Of a stretch of 64,000 nucleotides of DNA, positions 52,677 to 61,395 are shown one piece after another. Position numbers and translations under genes: made by a program. The notes beneath the pieces are model-generated. The model was not told where the DNA came from. It made no database searches and was given only the letters and a program-made list of their open reading frames with translations. The stretch is from Candidatus Bathyarchaeota archaeon (lineage in GTDB: Archaea; Thermoproteota; Bathyarchaeia; 40CM-2-53-6), in NCBI GenBank assembly GCA_963706285.1, contig CAVPLU010000013.1, positions 1 through 64,000 on the forward strand, given 5' to 3'. Every line of letters starts with the position of its first letter. Position 1 is the first letter of the stretch.

Positions 52677-54894
52677 ATGCCCCGTTACAAGACAACAACA
52701 GAGATCATGAAGATCATCGAGAACAAGGACCAAATCCGAAAGGCGTAGGCTAAGGCCTCGCCCGGAATATATCGGAATCATAGCACACGTCGATCACGGC
52801 AAAACCACAATGAGCGACTCGCTCCTAGCGGCCGCTGGTCTCTTGTCCCCCAACGTTGCCGGGACAGCACTAGCACTAGACTACATGGAGGAAGAGCAGA
52901 AACGCCAAATGACGATAAAAGCAGCCAACGTGAGCCTGCTACACGAGCGCGAGGGAACCTCCTACGTCGTTAACCTCATCGATACACCGGGGCACGTGGA
53001 TTTCTCAGGCAGAGTAACCCGCTCGATTCGTGCTATTGATGGCGCCGTTGTTGTGGTGGACTCGGTTGAAGAGATTATGGTCCAGACCGAGACGGTTACC
53101 AGGCAAGCACTTGAGGACAGAGTCCGGCCAGTTCTCTACATAAACAAGATCGATCGACTGATCAAGGAACTTCGACTTTCTCCCGAGCAGATCCAGGAAA
53201 GAATCACGCGCATAATTGGTGAGTTCAATCGACTTGTGATCCTTTACGCCGAGCCCGAGTACCGTGAGAAGTGGGCCGTGAGCTTCGCGGGTAACACCGT
53301 CGCCATGGGGTCCGCGAAGGACAGATGGGGATTCAACGCAGAAGTCGCGAAGAACAAGGGCATCAAGTTCTCAGATGTCGTAGACGCCTACTTGAACGAC
53401 AAAGTCGACCAGTTACGCGAACGAGCGCCACTACATGAAGCCATATTGAACATGGCAGTTGAGGCGATGCCTCCCCCACATGTGGCACAGAAGTACCGGA
53501 TCCCGAAGATCTGGAAAGGCGATCTGGATAGCGAGATCGGCAAGGCAATGATGAACTGCGATGACAGCGGCCCTGCAGTCCTGGCGGTTGTGAATATTGT
53601 AGTTGATCCGCAAGCTGGGGTCGTCGCAGTAGGGCGTCTCTTTTCAGGCACGCTCAAAGAGGGAACCCCAATTCACCTCGTTGGTGCGCGACTGGACCAG
53701 AGAATTCAACAAGTCTGCATATTCATGGGGCCATACAGAGAGATTGTTGGCACGATCACCGCGGGCAACATACCCGCTCTTCTTGGACTTGACGCCGCTA
53801 GGGCAGGAGAGACGCTCTCGCAGCAAAAGGACATTATACCTTTCGAGGCGGTCAAGTATGTCACCGAACCAGTTGTAACAATGGCTGTCGAACCAAAGTA
53901 CAGTCGAGACCTACCACGATTGATCGAGACATTAAGAAGACTGACGATCGAAGATCCTAACCTTGTCACCAAGATCAATGAGGAGACGGGCGAGTATCTA
54001 ATATCCGGTATGGGCACGCTACACTTGGAGATCGCAAATACGCTGATAACGAAGACGGGACTCGAGATTGTCACGTCTAATCCGATTGTGATCTACCGAG
54101 AGACCGTGCGCAGCTCAGCGGGACCACTCGAGGGCAAGTCACCAAATAGGCACAACAAGATCCAGATCCAAGTTGAACCCCTTGGTGAAGAAATAATCGA
54201 CATGATCAAGAAAGGCGATATCAGCGAATACATGGACAAACACGCCTTGGCAAAGGTGCTTAGGGACAAGGGATGGCCGCCGGATGAGGCACGCGGCGTA
54301 TGGGACGTCGAAGCGTCAGGAAACATGCTCATTGAAGTCACAAAGGGAGCGCAATATCTGCAAGAGATCAAGGACCATATCCTCCATGGCTACCGTCAAG
54401 CCCTCAGAGAGGGGCCCCTCGCGTACGAGAACATACGAGGTATCAAGGTCAAGGTAACTGATATCTCAGTACACGAAGACCCAGTCCACCGTGGACCAGC
54501 GCAGATCATGCCGATGACCCAGAGATCCATCTTCGCATGTTTCATGTCAGCAAACCCAACGCTCCTCGAACCTGTCCAGAAGATCACTGTGAAGGCACCG
54601 CCGGATCTACTGGGAGCGATTACGAGCGTCATTTCTCAGAAACGTGGAAAGGTCCTCGCTGTGGATCAGAAGGGTCACCTCGTCTACGTTGTCGGCGAGT
54701 TTCCAACATCGGAGACCTTCGACTTGTCAGAAGTCATGCGTGGCGCGTCAGCCGGCAGAGCTTTTTGGGGTTTGGAGTTCTCTCACTGGGCATCGGTGCC
54801 GGGGTCGCTGATTAACCAAGTGATCGCGGACATCAGAAAGAGGAAAGGTCTGCCCCCTGAACCTCACAAGGCAGCGGACTTTCTGGAAGCCTAA
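52677..54894 (+). CDS. fusA: translation elongation factor 2, two exons join(52677..52740,52769..54894), 729 aa
   Basis: Spliced N-terminus [55 protein letters not shown], diphthamide motif HEDPVHRG. Confidence 0.95.
52741..52768 (+). other. 28-nt bulge-helix-bulge intron in EF-2 mRNA
   Basis: Central helix TCCG/CGGA, bulges AAA and ATA, inner hairpin GGCG(T)AGGC-TAAG-GCCTCGCC; contains an in-frame TAG. Confidence 0.88.
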
Positions 54895-55010
54895 GCTAAC
54901 CTATTGGCTTCACCTGGCGTCGGATTCCATTGCAGGGAGGAGAGACTCAGCAGCTGTTTTGCTGCTTTAAGTCAGCCTGTCCGAGCCTGCGTGCAAATCG
55001 CCCGAAGCGC

Positions 55011-56444
55011 TTAGAGCAGGGGCTTTAGGTACGGTCGAGTGTCGAGCTTTGAAAAATGTGACAGTTTGATACTCGCTCCGTCCTTTGCGACCGAACGCAA
55101 ATAATTCCCTGCACGTTTGTCGGTCCACCAACTAATTCCGAACAGGCTTTCCAGTTTGCGGTCTAGTTCGGCAGCCCGAACTGCTGCAACCATGTAGCTT
55201 GGCGAGTAGAGATCGAAGTCCGGCATTACGTGATGTAACTGCCAGTATTTGCCTGGGACGCGTATGCCCATGAATTCCTGTGTGTACTGCTCGTAGCGCT
55301 CGTTTGCTTGATCCATCGACAAATTCTCTTCCCAGAATTCGATTTTCATGAGCGAGTTAGCCGCATAGAATGCGAGGAAGTACAGCTCCATGAATCTTGT
55401 ACGTTCTACAGCGTCTTCGGCTACTTCTTTGGGCACCTTGAACTGTTTGGTCAGGAAAGCGCTCTTCTTCATGAGGCGCTCAAGAAGGGTTGAGAATATC
55501 TCTGCCACGCCGTTCGGGATTGTGTACTTATCCCAATAGGGGGCGTTCTCCGCGATCGCGATAAAGTGCATCCCGTGCCCATGCTCATGGAATGAGCTCT
55601 CCATGTCCGTGAACGGCTTCACTGGACGTACAAGTAGTCGCACATCGTTCGGAATCTGAATCCCGAAACATATCGGAGAGGTGTGCTTCCCGGGCCGCTC
55701 GTCAGCGTCTGTCTGTAACCTCTTTACTGCGAAGCCGAGTTTCGTGAGTACGCGTTCCGGTTCCGTGACGGGACTGTAAGTCTTAAAAGCGGAATCGAGA
55801 GGCTCGAAGATCTTCCCGCGGAAATAGTACATGTCATCATAGTATTCAGCAGGTCTATTGTTCAATTCCTGCGAGTACTGTTCAAGTAGCTCGGTAAACG
55901 GCTTCTTTGCTGCACGACCTAGTGTCTTCACGAGATCTTTGAGCTGATGGAGGGAGATGCCTTCAAGTTGCAGATACAGTTCGAGCGGCGACGTACCGTA
56001 TTCGCGTTCAACATCCCTCGACTTGTCAAACATTCCTCTAATCGTAGGTGTGACCAGATCCACCTTACTGAGAAACTCGTCGAAGATCGCTTTCCGATCC
56101 GAGGATGATTTGGCCTGGGAATTGAACTGGCGCCAGCTGTTCCACGTAACTGGTCTACCATTCACTTCATATGCTTTCGATGCGAGTTCCTGCTCGCGCT
56201 TTCGGTAGAGTTCCAGTTTCAGCGGCGTCTTGGATGCATCTGCCACATCGAAGACTTTGCCGAGAAAAAGTCGTCTTGGTTCTTTGAACTCTGAGAGGAA
56301 CTCCTTGGCATGACTGATTCGTTTCTCGGACACTGCCTTCATGAAGGGCTCGCTATAACTGAAGCCGCTGTACTGGCGCCATTCCTCATTAGCGTATGCG
56401 ATGCATAGTGCCTCGTCAACTGTGCACCAGCTCGATAGATTCAT
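55011..56444 (-). CDS. gluzincin (M3-like) metallopeptidase
   Basis: ERPGK, FHEHGH and downstream AEIFS Glu motif. Confidence 0.7.
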   Translation of the reverse strand: MNLSSWCTVDEALCIAYANEEWRQYSGFSYSEPFMKAVSEKRISHAKEFLSEFKEPRRLFLGKVFDVADASKTPLKLELYRKREQELASKAYEVNGRPVTWNSWRQFNSQAKSSSDRKAIFDEFLSKVDLVTPTIRGMFDKSRDVEREYGTSPLELYLQLEGISLHQLKDLVKTLGRAAKKPFTELLEQYSQELNNRPAEYYDDMYYFRGKIFEPLDSAFKTYSPVTEPERVLTKLGFAVKRLQTDADERPGKHTSPICFGIQIPNDVRLLVRPVKPFTDMESSFHEHGHGMHFIAIAENAPYWDKYTIPNGVAEIFSTLLERLMKKSAFLTKQFKVPKEVAEDAVERTRFMELYFLAFYAANSLMKIEFWEENLSMDQANERYEQYTQEFMGIRVPGKYWQLHHVMPDFDLYSPSYMVAAVRAAELDRKLESLFGISWWTDKRAGNYLRSVAKDGASIKLSHFSKLDTRPYLKPLL

Positions 56445-56586
56445 AATCCAACCCAAGATGCTTACCAAAGAAAACGCTTTTGGCACTCGCCCTTCGGCCA
56501 TGTAAGTGACCTTCGTGCCTACATTGTTTTATGACTGACCTCGACAGTTGTTTAGGTGCGGTCGGAAGGGCCGGATCAGGAGTGCG

Positions 56587-56608
56587 TGAGGACGAGCACC
56601 TCCACTAG
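56587..56608 (+). other. tRNA intron at 3/4 (22 nt)
   Basis: BHB: central AGTG/CACT, bulges CGT and AGG, inner GAGG/CCTC, outer GG/CC. Confidence 0.85.
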
Positions 56609-56620
56609 GCCGTGGTCCAG

Positions 56621-56643
56621 AACCACTACAACACGGTGGACAA
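56621..56643 (+). other. tRNA intron at 15/16 (23 nt)
   Basis: BHB: central GTCC/GGAC, bulges AGA and AAC, inner ACC/GGT. Confidence 0.85.
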
Positions 56644-56660
56644 CCTGGTCTAAGACGGAG

Positions 56661-56682
56661 ACGAGCACCGGTCTCGCCGCAG
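56661..56682 (+). other. tRNA intron at 29/30 (22 nt)
   Basis: BHB: central ACGG/CCGC (one A.C mismatch), bulges AGA and AGG, inner CGAG/CTCG, outer AAG/CTT. Confidence 0.8.
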
Positions 56683-57069
56683 GCTTCCCAAGCCCCAAAC
56701 CCGGGTCCAAATCCCGGCGGCCGCACCAATTAGAATTCTCGCTCGCTTGGTACCTCTCCCCCAATTGAGCGGTTCGGATGTGAATTGGCTAGTGCTCTCA
56801 AAAGGCTTCTAGGTGTCTGTTGCCTCCATTTGGAAGCTGGAAAGAAGCAGTTCAAAACAGGAATAACGAATTCGCAACAAATGGCACTGTTACCTAGGAG
56901 CGGTGAAGGGTCAAGAAAAACGCCATGACCCACTGATATTCGCTTGCTATTTGGTCCTCGAAAAAAAAGTGGCGAGCGAGTTGGGGGTCGAGTCGAGATC
57001 TGAAGTCATTAGGCCGAGAATTTGGACCTTCGAGCGTTGTGTGGTAACCATAGGCTCGAGATCTTCGAG

Positions 57070-57678
57070 CTACTTGGGCACAACAATCGTTCTTGCGAAT
57101 CTGTCGCTATACTTTTTTCTATAGTCTGTCTCAGTTGCGAGACCGAAGATAAGGTCTAGCAAGAGAAGGCCCCAATGGATCTTGCTTATGTTTCTGATCA
57201 AAGCTTTTTCCATTGTCAGCGTTTGTCCGTCATCAGTTGTGACTTTGAAACCCATGATCGACTTGCCCAACGTGTGACCGTATTGGTACTCTGTGAAGGC
57301 AAAGTAGAGCACGGAGATGATTCCCCAAAGTATAGGAAACGGACCAAAACCAACCCATGAGAAAGGCGAATTGAACTGATATCCAAAGCCATACGCAAAG
57401 AGCATTGGAAGCATTGCAATAGAAGCTAATATTCCAGCAGCCACCGACAGCATGACGGCGTCGATAACAAAAGCCAGAAGCCGTCGGCCCCAGTACTGCT
57501 GAGCCATCTGATCCTTAGTTAGCGTATCTAGACCGCTCTTTGAAGGAAAAGAAAACGGCGTGGCATCAGGTTTCGTCGTATTCTCTACAGCCGCCTTGCC
57601 AGGAACTCGAGCTCCACAATAAGGACATATCAAGGCGTCGTCCGGTATTTGCTTACCGCATTGAACACAGTAAAGCAT
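57070..57678 (-). CDS. RDD family membrane protein with N-terminal Zn ribbon
   Basis: YCVQCG...CPYCG, RRLLAFVID, TLGKSIMG, LIRNI, DRFARTIVV. Confidence 0.88.
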   Translation of the reverse strand: MLYCVQCGKQIPDDALICPYCGARVPGKAAVENTTKPDATPFSFPSKSGLDTLTKDQMAQQYWGRRLLAFVIDAVMLSVAAGILASIAMLPMLFAYGFGYQFNSPFSWVGFGPFPILWGIISVLYFAFTEYQYGHTLGKSIMGFKVTTDDGQTLTMEKALIRNISKIHWGLLLLDLIFGLATETDYRKKYSDRFARTIVVPK

Positions 57679-58087
57679 GAGAACGCCAACACTGCATGCA
57701 GCATCATTTGGCCTAAAAGACTTTTACCTCGTTGGCGAAAATTTGAACGAAGTCTGAACCACAGCACGAATCTCATAGATGGAACGTCTGGCCAAAGCAT
57801 GACTCACAGATGGATTGACAACCTCTCAATGCCAATAGCATGCACCGTGCGCTCCCCAGCCTAACCATCACAAGCCATGGCTTCCTCACGCACACCGCAG
57901 ACTGCAATTGAGGGATCTGGCTATCTGATTTCCTGTGCTTTCATAGCCGATACTATCTTCAGGCTTTCATGAAATAATACCAAGGATGCCCATTGAATTG
58001 CCTCGAATTTTACGGAGTACTGATAATTCTGTTTTGGATAGCTTGACCTAAGGTGATTCAAAGAATTGCAGGCAGAGGAAGAGAGTG

Positions 58088-59731
58088 TCAGCCCTGTCGT
58101 ACGACGTGAACGTGCTTGCCTCTTGGAATGGCCAAGAATGATATGGCGCTCGCCACTCCAACGAGCACTACGACAAGAAACACAACAGGCCATATCTGGG
58201 AAGTGCCACTCCGAACTACCAGAGTGATGTTCGTTGTTCTTTCGGCAATTCCTGTCCCTGCCACAATGGCTACGTTGTACGTTCCTGGAACAGCTTTAGT
58301 TGAAACGACGAATGTGACAACTACTTGGACGGGAGAGTCGCTCTGTACAGTAATCGTATTAGTGCTGAGAGATGCTGACACTCCAGGAGGCAATTGTGTT
58401 ATCGACAATTGGATCGTCGCCCTAAATCCGCCCTGAGGCTGAACCGTAACCGTCACCGCATGCGTGCTTCCGCTTGGAGTCATGTTCACCAACTGCTCAG
58501 AAGTAGTCAGTGAATAGTCGCCTTGTGGCCGAACGTATATCGATGCGTTCGTATACTTCGTTATGCCGAAAGTCGTCGCCGATATGGTTATCGGGTAAAT
58601 CCCAGAGGGCAAAGTGGAAGGCGCGTTGAATACCAAATCAGTGGTGGCCGGTTGGCCACCGCTTGGCGTTACAACATCGTTCTGCAAATTAGCAACAACT
58701 CCAGGTGGCACACCTTGAACGCTAAGAGAAATGGGCGGAACTATTCCCCTGCTTAGTGTGTTGACGATTATCTGCATCTTCTGATCCTGCCCTCCGATGT
58801 AGACGTTCAAAATCGATGGGTTGGCTGAGATTGTAAGGTAAGGAGGCACTACGATTGTTAGTATCGCGACCTTGAACAAACCCGCCACGTTGTAACTTGA
58901 GTAGTATGTGGGAATGAAGGCGGTTACAACAACAGCAAATTGGTACGTGCCGCTCTTCACCAAGAATTCGGGCGTCATCAGAAGAGTTGCCGAGAAAGTC
59001 GCGGGGGCGCCTCCACTACTCATTTGTGCACTCTGAGGATTGAACGAAGCTGACAGCCCAGTTGGAACATCATACAATTGCGGGGTCACACTCATGACAT
59101 CCCCGCTTCGAAGATTCCGTGCAGTCACAGTGACAGTAAGTTGACTAGTCGTCGACTGGGATATTCCACCCGGCAACAATATAGAGCCTGGGTTAAGACT
59201 AACGCTTACGTCAAGCGAATCGGTCGCATATGCGAGCACATCCACATTCACTGGAACCGTCTTCGTTATGCTCCCGCTCACCCCAACAACATTGAAGCTG
59301 AAAGTTGCCCCGTATGGGTAGTAGTAGTACCCATAGTAGTAGGGATACTGCTGATATCCCGTGTTGTAGTTCGGATAGTAGTATCCCGACGTTGTCGAAA
59401 TTGATACAGTCAGAACAGAATATGCGTCGAGATTAGGCGCTAGGACGAGAGTAGTGGGTTGAAAGGAGTATGACGCTTGAAAATCCGTTACACTTGGAAG
59501 ACCACCGACACTAAGTGTCACTGTTCCGCTGAATCCGTTGATCGAGGTCACTCGGATGGAATATCTGGCTATTCCATCAGTGCCGATTGTTGCTCGAGGA
59601 GGAGAAACCGTGACTACGAAATCGCCTCCCTGTGCCTGTGCTTGAACGCTACCGATTTGGACAGCTACCGACAAGATGATGCCCAGAAGCATCAGTAACA
59701 GAACACTGGACTTTGCATTTCTCATTTTCAT
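58088..59731 (-). CDS. secreted surface protein with about 4 Ig-like repeats and C-terminal TM anchor
   Basis: Signal peptide; repeated DF/Y.....P....GF...V.LS...LP.G.SA pattern; C-terminal TM helix. Confidence 0.75.
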   Translation of the reverse strand: MKMRNAKSSVLLLMLLGIILSVAVQIGSVQAQAQGGDFVVTVSPPRATIGTDGIARYSIRVTSINGFSGTVTLSVGGLPSVTDFQASYSFQPTTLVLAPNLDAYSVLTVSISTTSGYYYPNYNTGYQQYPYYYGYYYYPYGATFSFNVVGVSGSITKTVPVNVDVLAYATDSLDVSVSLNPGSILLPGGISQSTTSQLTVTVTARNLRSGDVMSVTPQLYDVPTGLSASFNPQSAQMSSGGAPATFSATLLMTPEFLVKSGTYQFAVVVTAFIPTYYSSYNVAGLFKVAILTIVVPPYLTISANPSILNVYIGGQDQKMQIIVNTLSRGIVPPISLSVQGVPPGVVANLQNDVVTPSGGQPATTDLVFNAPSTLPSGIYPITISATTFGITKYTNASIYVRPQGDYSLTTSEQLVNMTPSGSTHAVTVTVQPQGGFRATIQLSITQLPPGVSASLSTNTITVQSDSPVQVVVTFVVSTKAVPGTYNVAIVAGTGIAERTTNITLVVRSGTSQIWPVVFLVVVLVGVASAISFLAIPRGKHVHVVRQG

Positions 59732-59737
59732 TCTCTT

Positions 59738-60451
59738 TCATCTCCAGACGTAATCGCGTTCCCTATCAGCACCACATTTCATGCATATTCCATCGTTTGG
59801 ACCAAGAACAGCTCCGCAATGCCAGCAGAACGGGCGCAGGAAAGCTACTGGTCTCTGGACCGTAACAACTGAGGTGCCAGGTCGTGGGACTTCAACGGTT
59901 GTTATTCGGGTGTCAGTAGATTCGGGGGTAATTACTTCCTGCGTGACGTATTTCGCGTACCTTCTTACTGAAGTTCCGTATCGCGACAAGTAGGCTAAGG
60001 TGACTGCTCCTCCGCCGATTCCGAAAATAAGAAGCCAAGCTACGACACCATACAGTGTAGATGTAAAGTCTATTCCTGGCAGGTTCGCGTTCAAATATGC
60101 TGCCAACGCGATTCCGATGGTTGACCAGAGAATCAGGATTGCAGAGAGTCTCTTCGCAGCAAAGAGGCTCCATGCTGCTCCGCTGGTAAGGCCTGTGGCG
60201 GCAACAAACATGGCTGCTCCTATTGCAGCCAATGGGATGCCTTCGACATAGAGCAGGGTCTGCAAATCGAAAAGAGTCTCAAAGAATCCCTGGTTGATCA
60301 CCAAGATGCCCAAAGCTACACCGGATAGGCCGCCTACCCAATACAGTACGTTAACTATTTGCACACCAACGGGAGTATAGACTTCTACAAAGCTTTCCCC
60401 TTTCTTCCCTGCAGTGGAACGGGAAATCTGAGTCTCGGTCACAGTGCTCAT
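59738..60451 (-). CDS. membrane protein with C-terminal Zn ribbon
   Basis: 4 TM segments, FCWHCG...CMKCG. Confidence 0.65.
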   Translation of the reverse strand: MSTVTETQISRSTAGKKGESFVEVYTPVGVQIVNVLYWVGGLSGVALGILVINQGFFETLFDLQTLLYVEGIPLAAIGAAMFVAATGLTSGAAWSLFAAKRLSAILILWSTIGIALAAYLNANLPGIDFTSTLYGVVAWLLIFGIGGGAVTLAYLSRYGTSVRRYAKYVTQEVITPESTDTRITTVEVPRPGTSVVTVQRPVAFLRPFCWHCGAVLGPNDGICMKCGADRERDYVWR

Positions 60452-60653
60452 GACATCTCAAGCCTCGGTCACAGTGAACGTTGTATGTGAACCATTTTTC
60501 GCCGCTAATATGAGTATTCCCCATTACGAGCACGCACCTACATGGTCTTGTATACTCTCACATGGATGAACACTGTCGATCAACTTATATGGACGAAGGG
60601 CAAGCTCACCTGCAAGTTCTCACGTGTAAAGATCCCTCAAAGAAGATGGGCCT

Positions 60654-61158
60654 ATGACCACTGAAGCGGAGAAACTTATCAGAACAAAACACACGAACAA
60701 GATGCCCAATAAGGAACTCGAGGATCACATAGCACAATTCCTGAAAAACCAGAACATGTGCGTACTGGCTACGTGCAAAGACAACATCCCCCGCGCTACG
60801 CCAGTAGAGTACTATTCTCATGGCACAACACTTGTACGTAATGCCAACGGAAGGTCAAAAGATGGAGAACATTAGACACAACCGCATCGTCAGTGTAGCT
60901 GTTTTTGCCCCCTACGTCAACTGGCTGAGCGTGAAGGGAGTCCAGATTAGCGGCGAGGCAACCCTCCTCACGCAGGAATCAAAGGAGTTCAAAGAGGCAC
61001 TAACGGTATACAAGTGGGAGAAATCAGCGAAAGAGCTAGGAATATCCAACATTCCCAAGACCTTCAAGCTGTTGAAGATTGTCCCTCATGCAATTGAGAT
61101 ACTCGACATATCATTGAAGAATAAGGGATACGCGCCGAGACAGATGTGGTCCCCGTAG
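60654..61158 (+). CDS. pyridoxamine 5'-phosphate oxidase-like FMN-binding protein (+1 error near 60831)
   Basis: MCVLATC..NIPRATPVEY, then KMENIRHNRIVSVAV..GVQISG in the next frame. Confidence 0.8.
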
Positions 61159-61395
61159 AGCAAAGCCAACATGGCATACTAGACGAATCCCGGTAGGAAT
61201 CCAGTCTACAGTGGAGTGTACGACGGGTCACGGGTTTCGTGTCTTTCAGGACCATGAGAATTGAGCCGTGGCCATTGTGGATTTGAAAGAAATATGTCAC
61301 CGTAGAGAGTCATACGTGCATCAGTGTTTGGCGACGGGTACGCATACGTGCATTATGCAACGAGCAATTTTGGCGAGTTACACGCTCAATATAGC

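Larger units (their letters stand above)
56584..56728 (+). tRNA. tRNA-Gly(CCC) with three introns; exons 56584-56586, 56609-56620, 56644-56660, 56683-56728
   Basis: Spliced 78-nt cloverleaf GCGGCCG TG GTCC AGCCTGGTCTA AGAC G GAGGC TTCCCAA GCCCC AAAC CCGGG TCCAAAT CCCGG CGGCCGC A CCA. Confidence 0.88.

Noticed and set aside
52810-54894. N-terminally truncated or pseudogenised EF-2 as given by the ORF track
   Set aside because: The missing N-terminus is present upstream with promoter and SD and is restored by removing the BHB intron.
56558-56612. tRNA starting at GCGGTCG (56558) with a 48-nt intron
   Set aside because: That parse gives no good inner or outer helices, whereas starting at 56584 gives a fully paired central and inner helix and a perfect acceptor stem.
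9599-60875. Other frameshifts as further mRNA introns or programmed frameshifts
   Set aside because: Each inspected junction needs removal of only one base, and I saw no BHB or inserted hairpin there.
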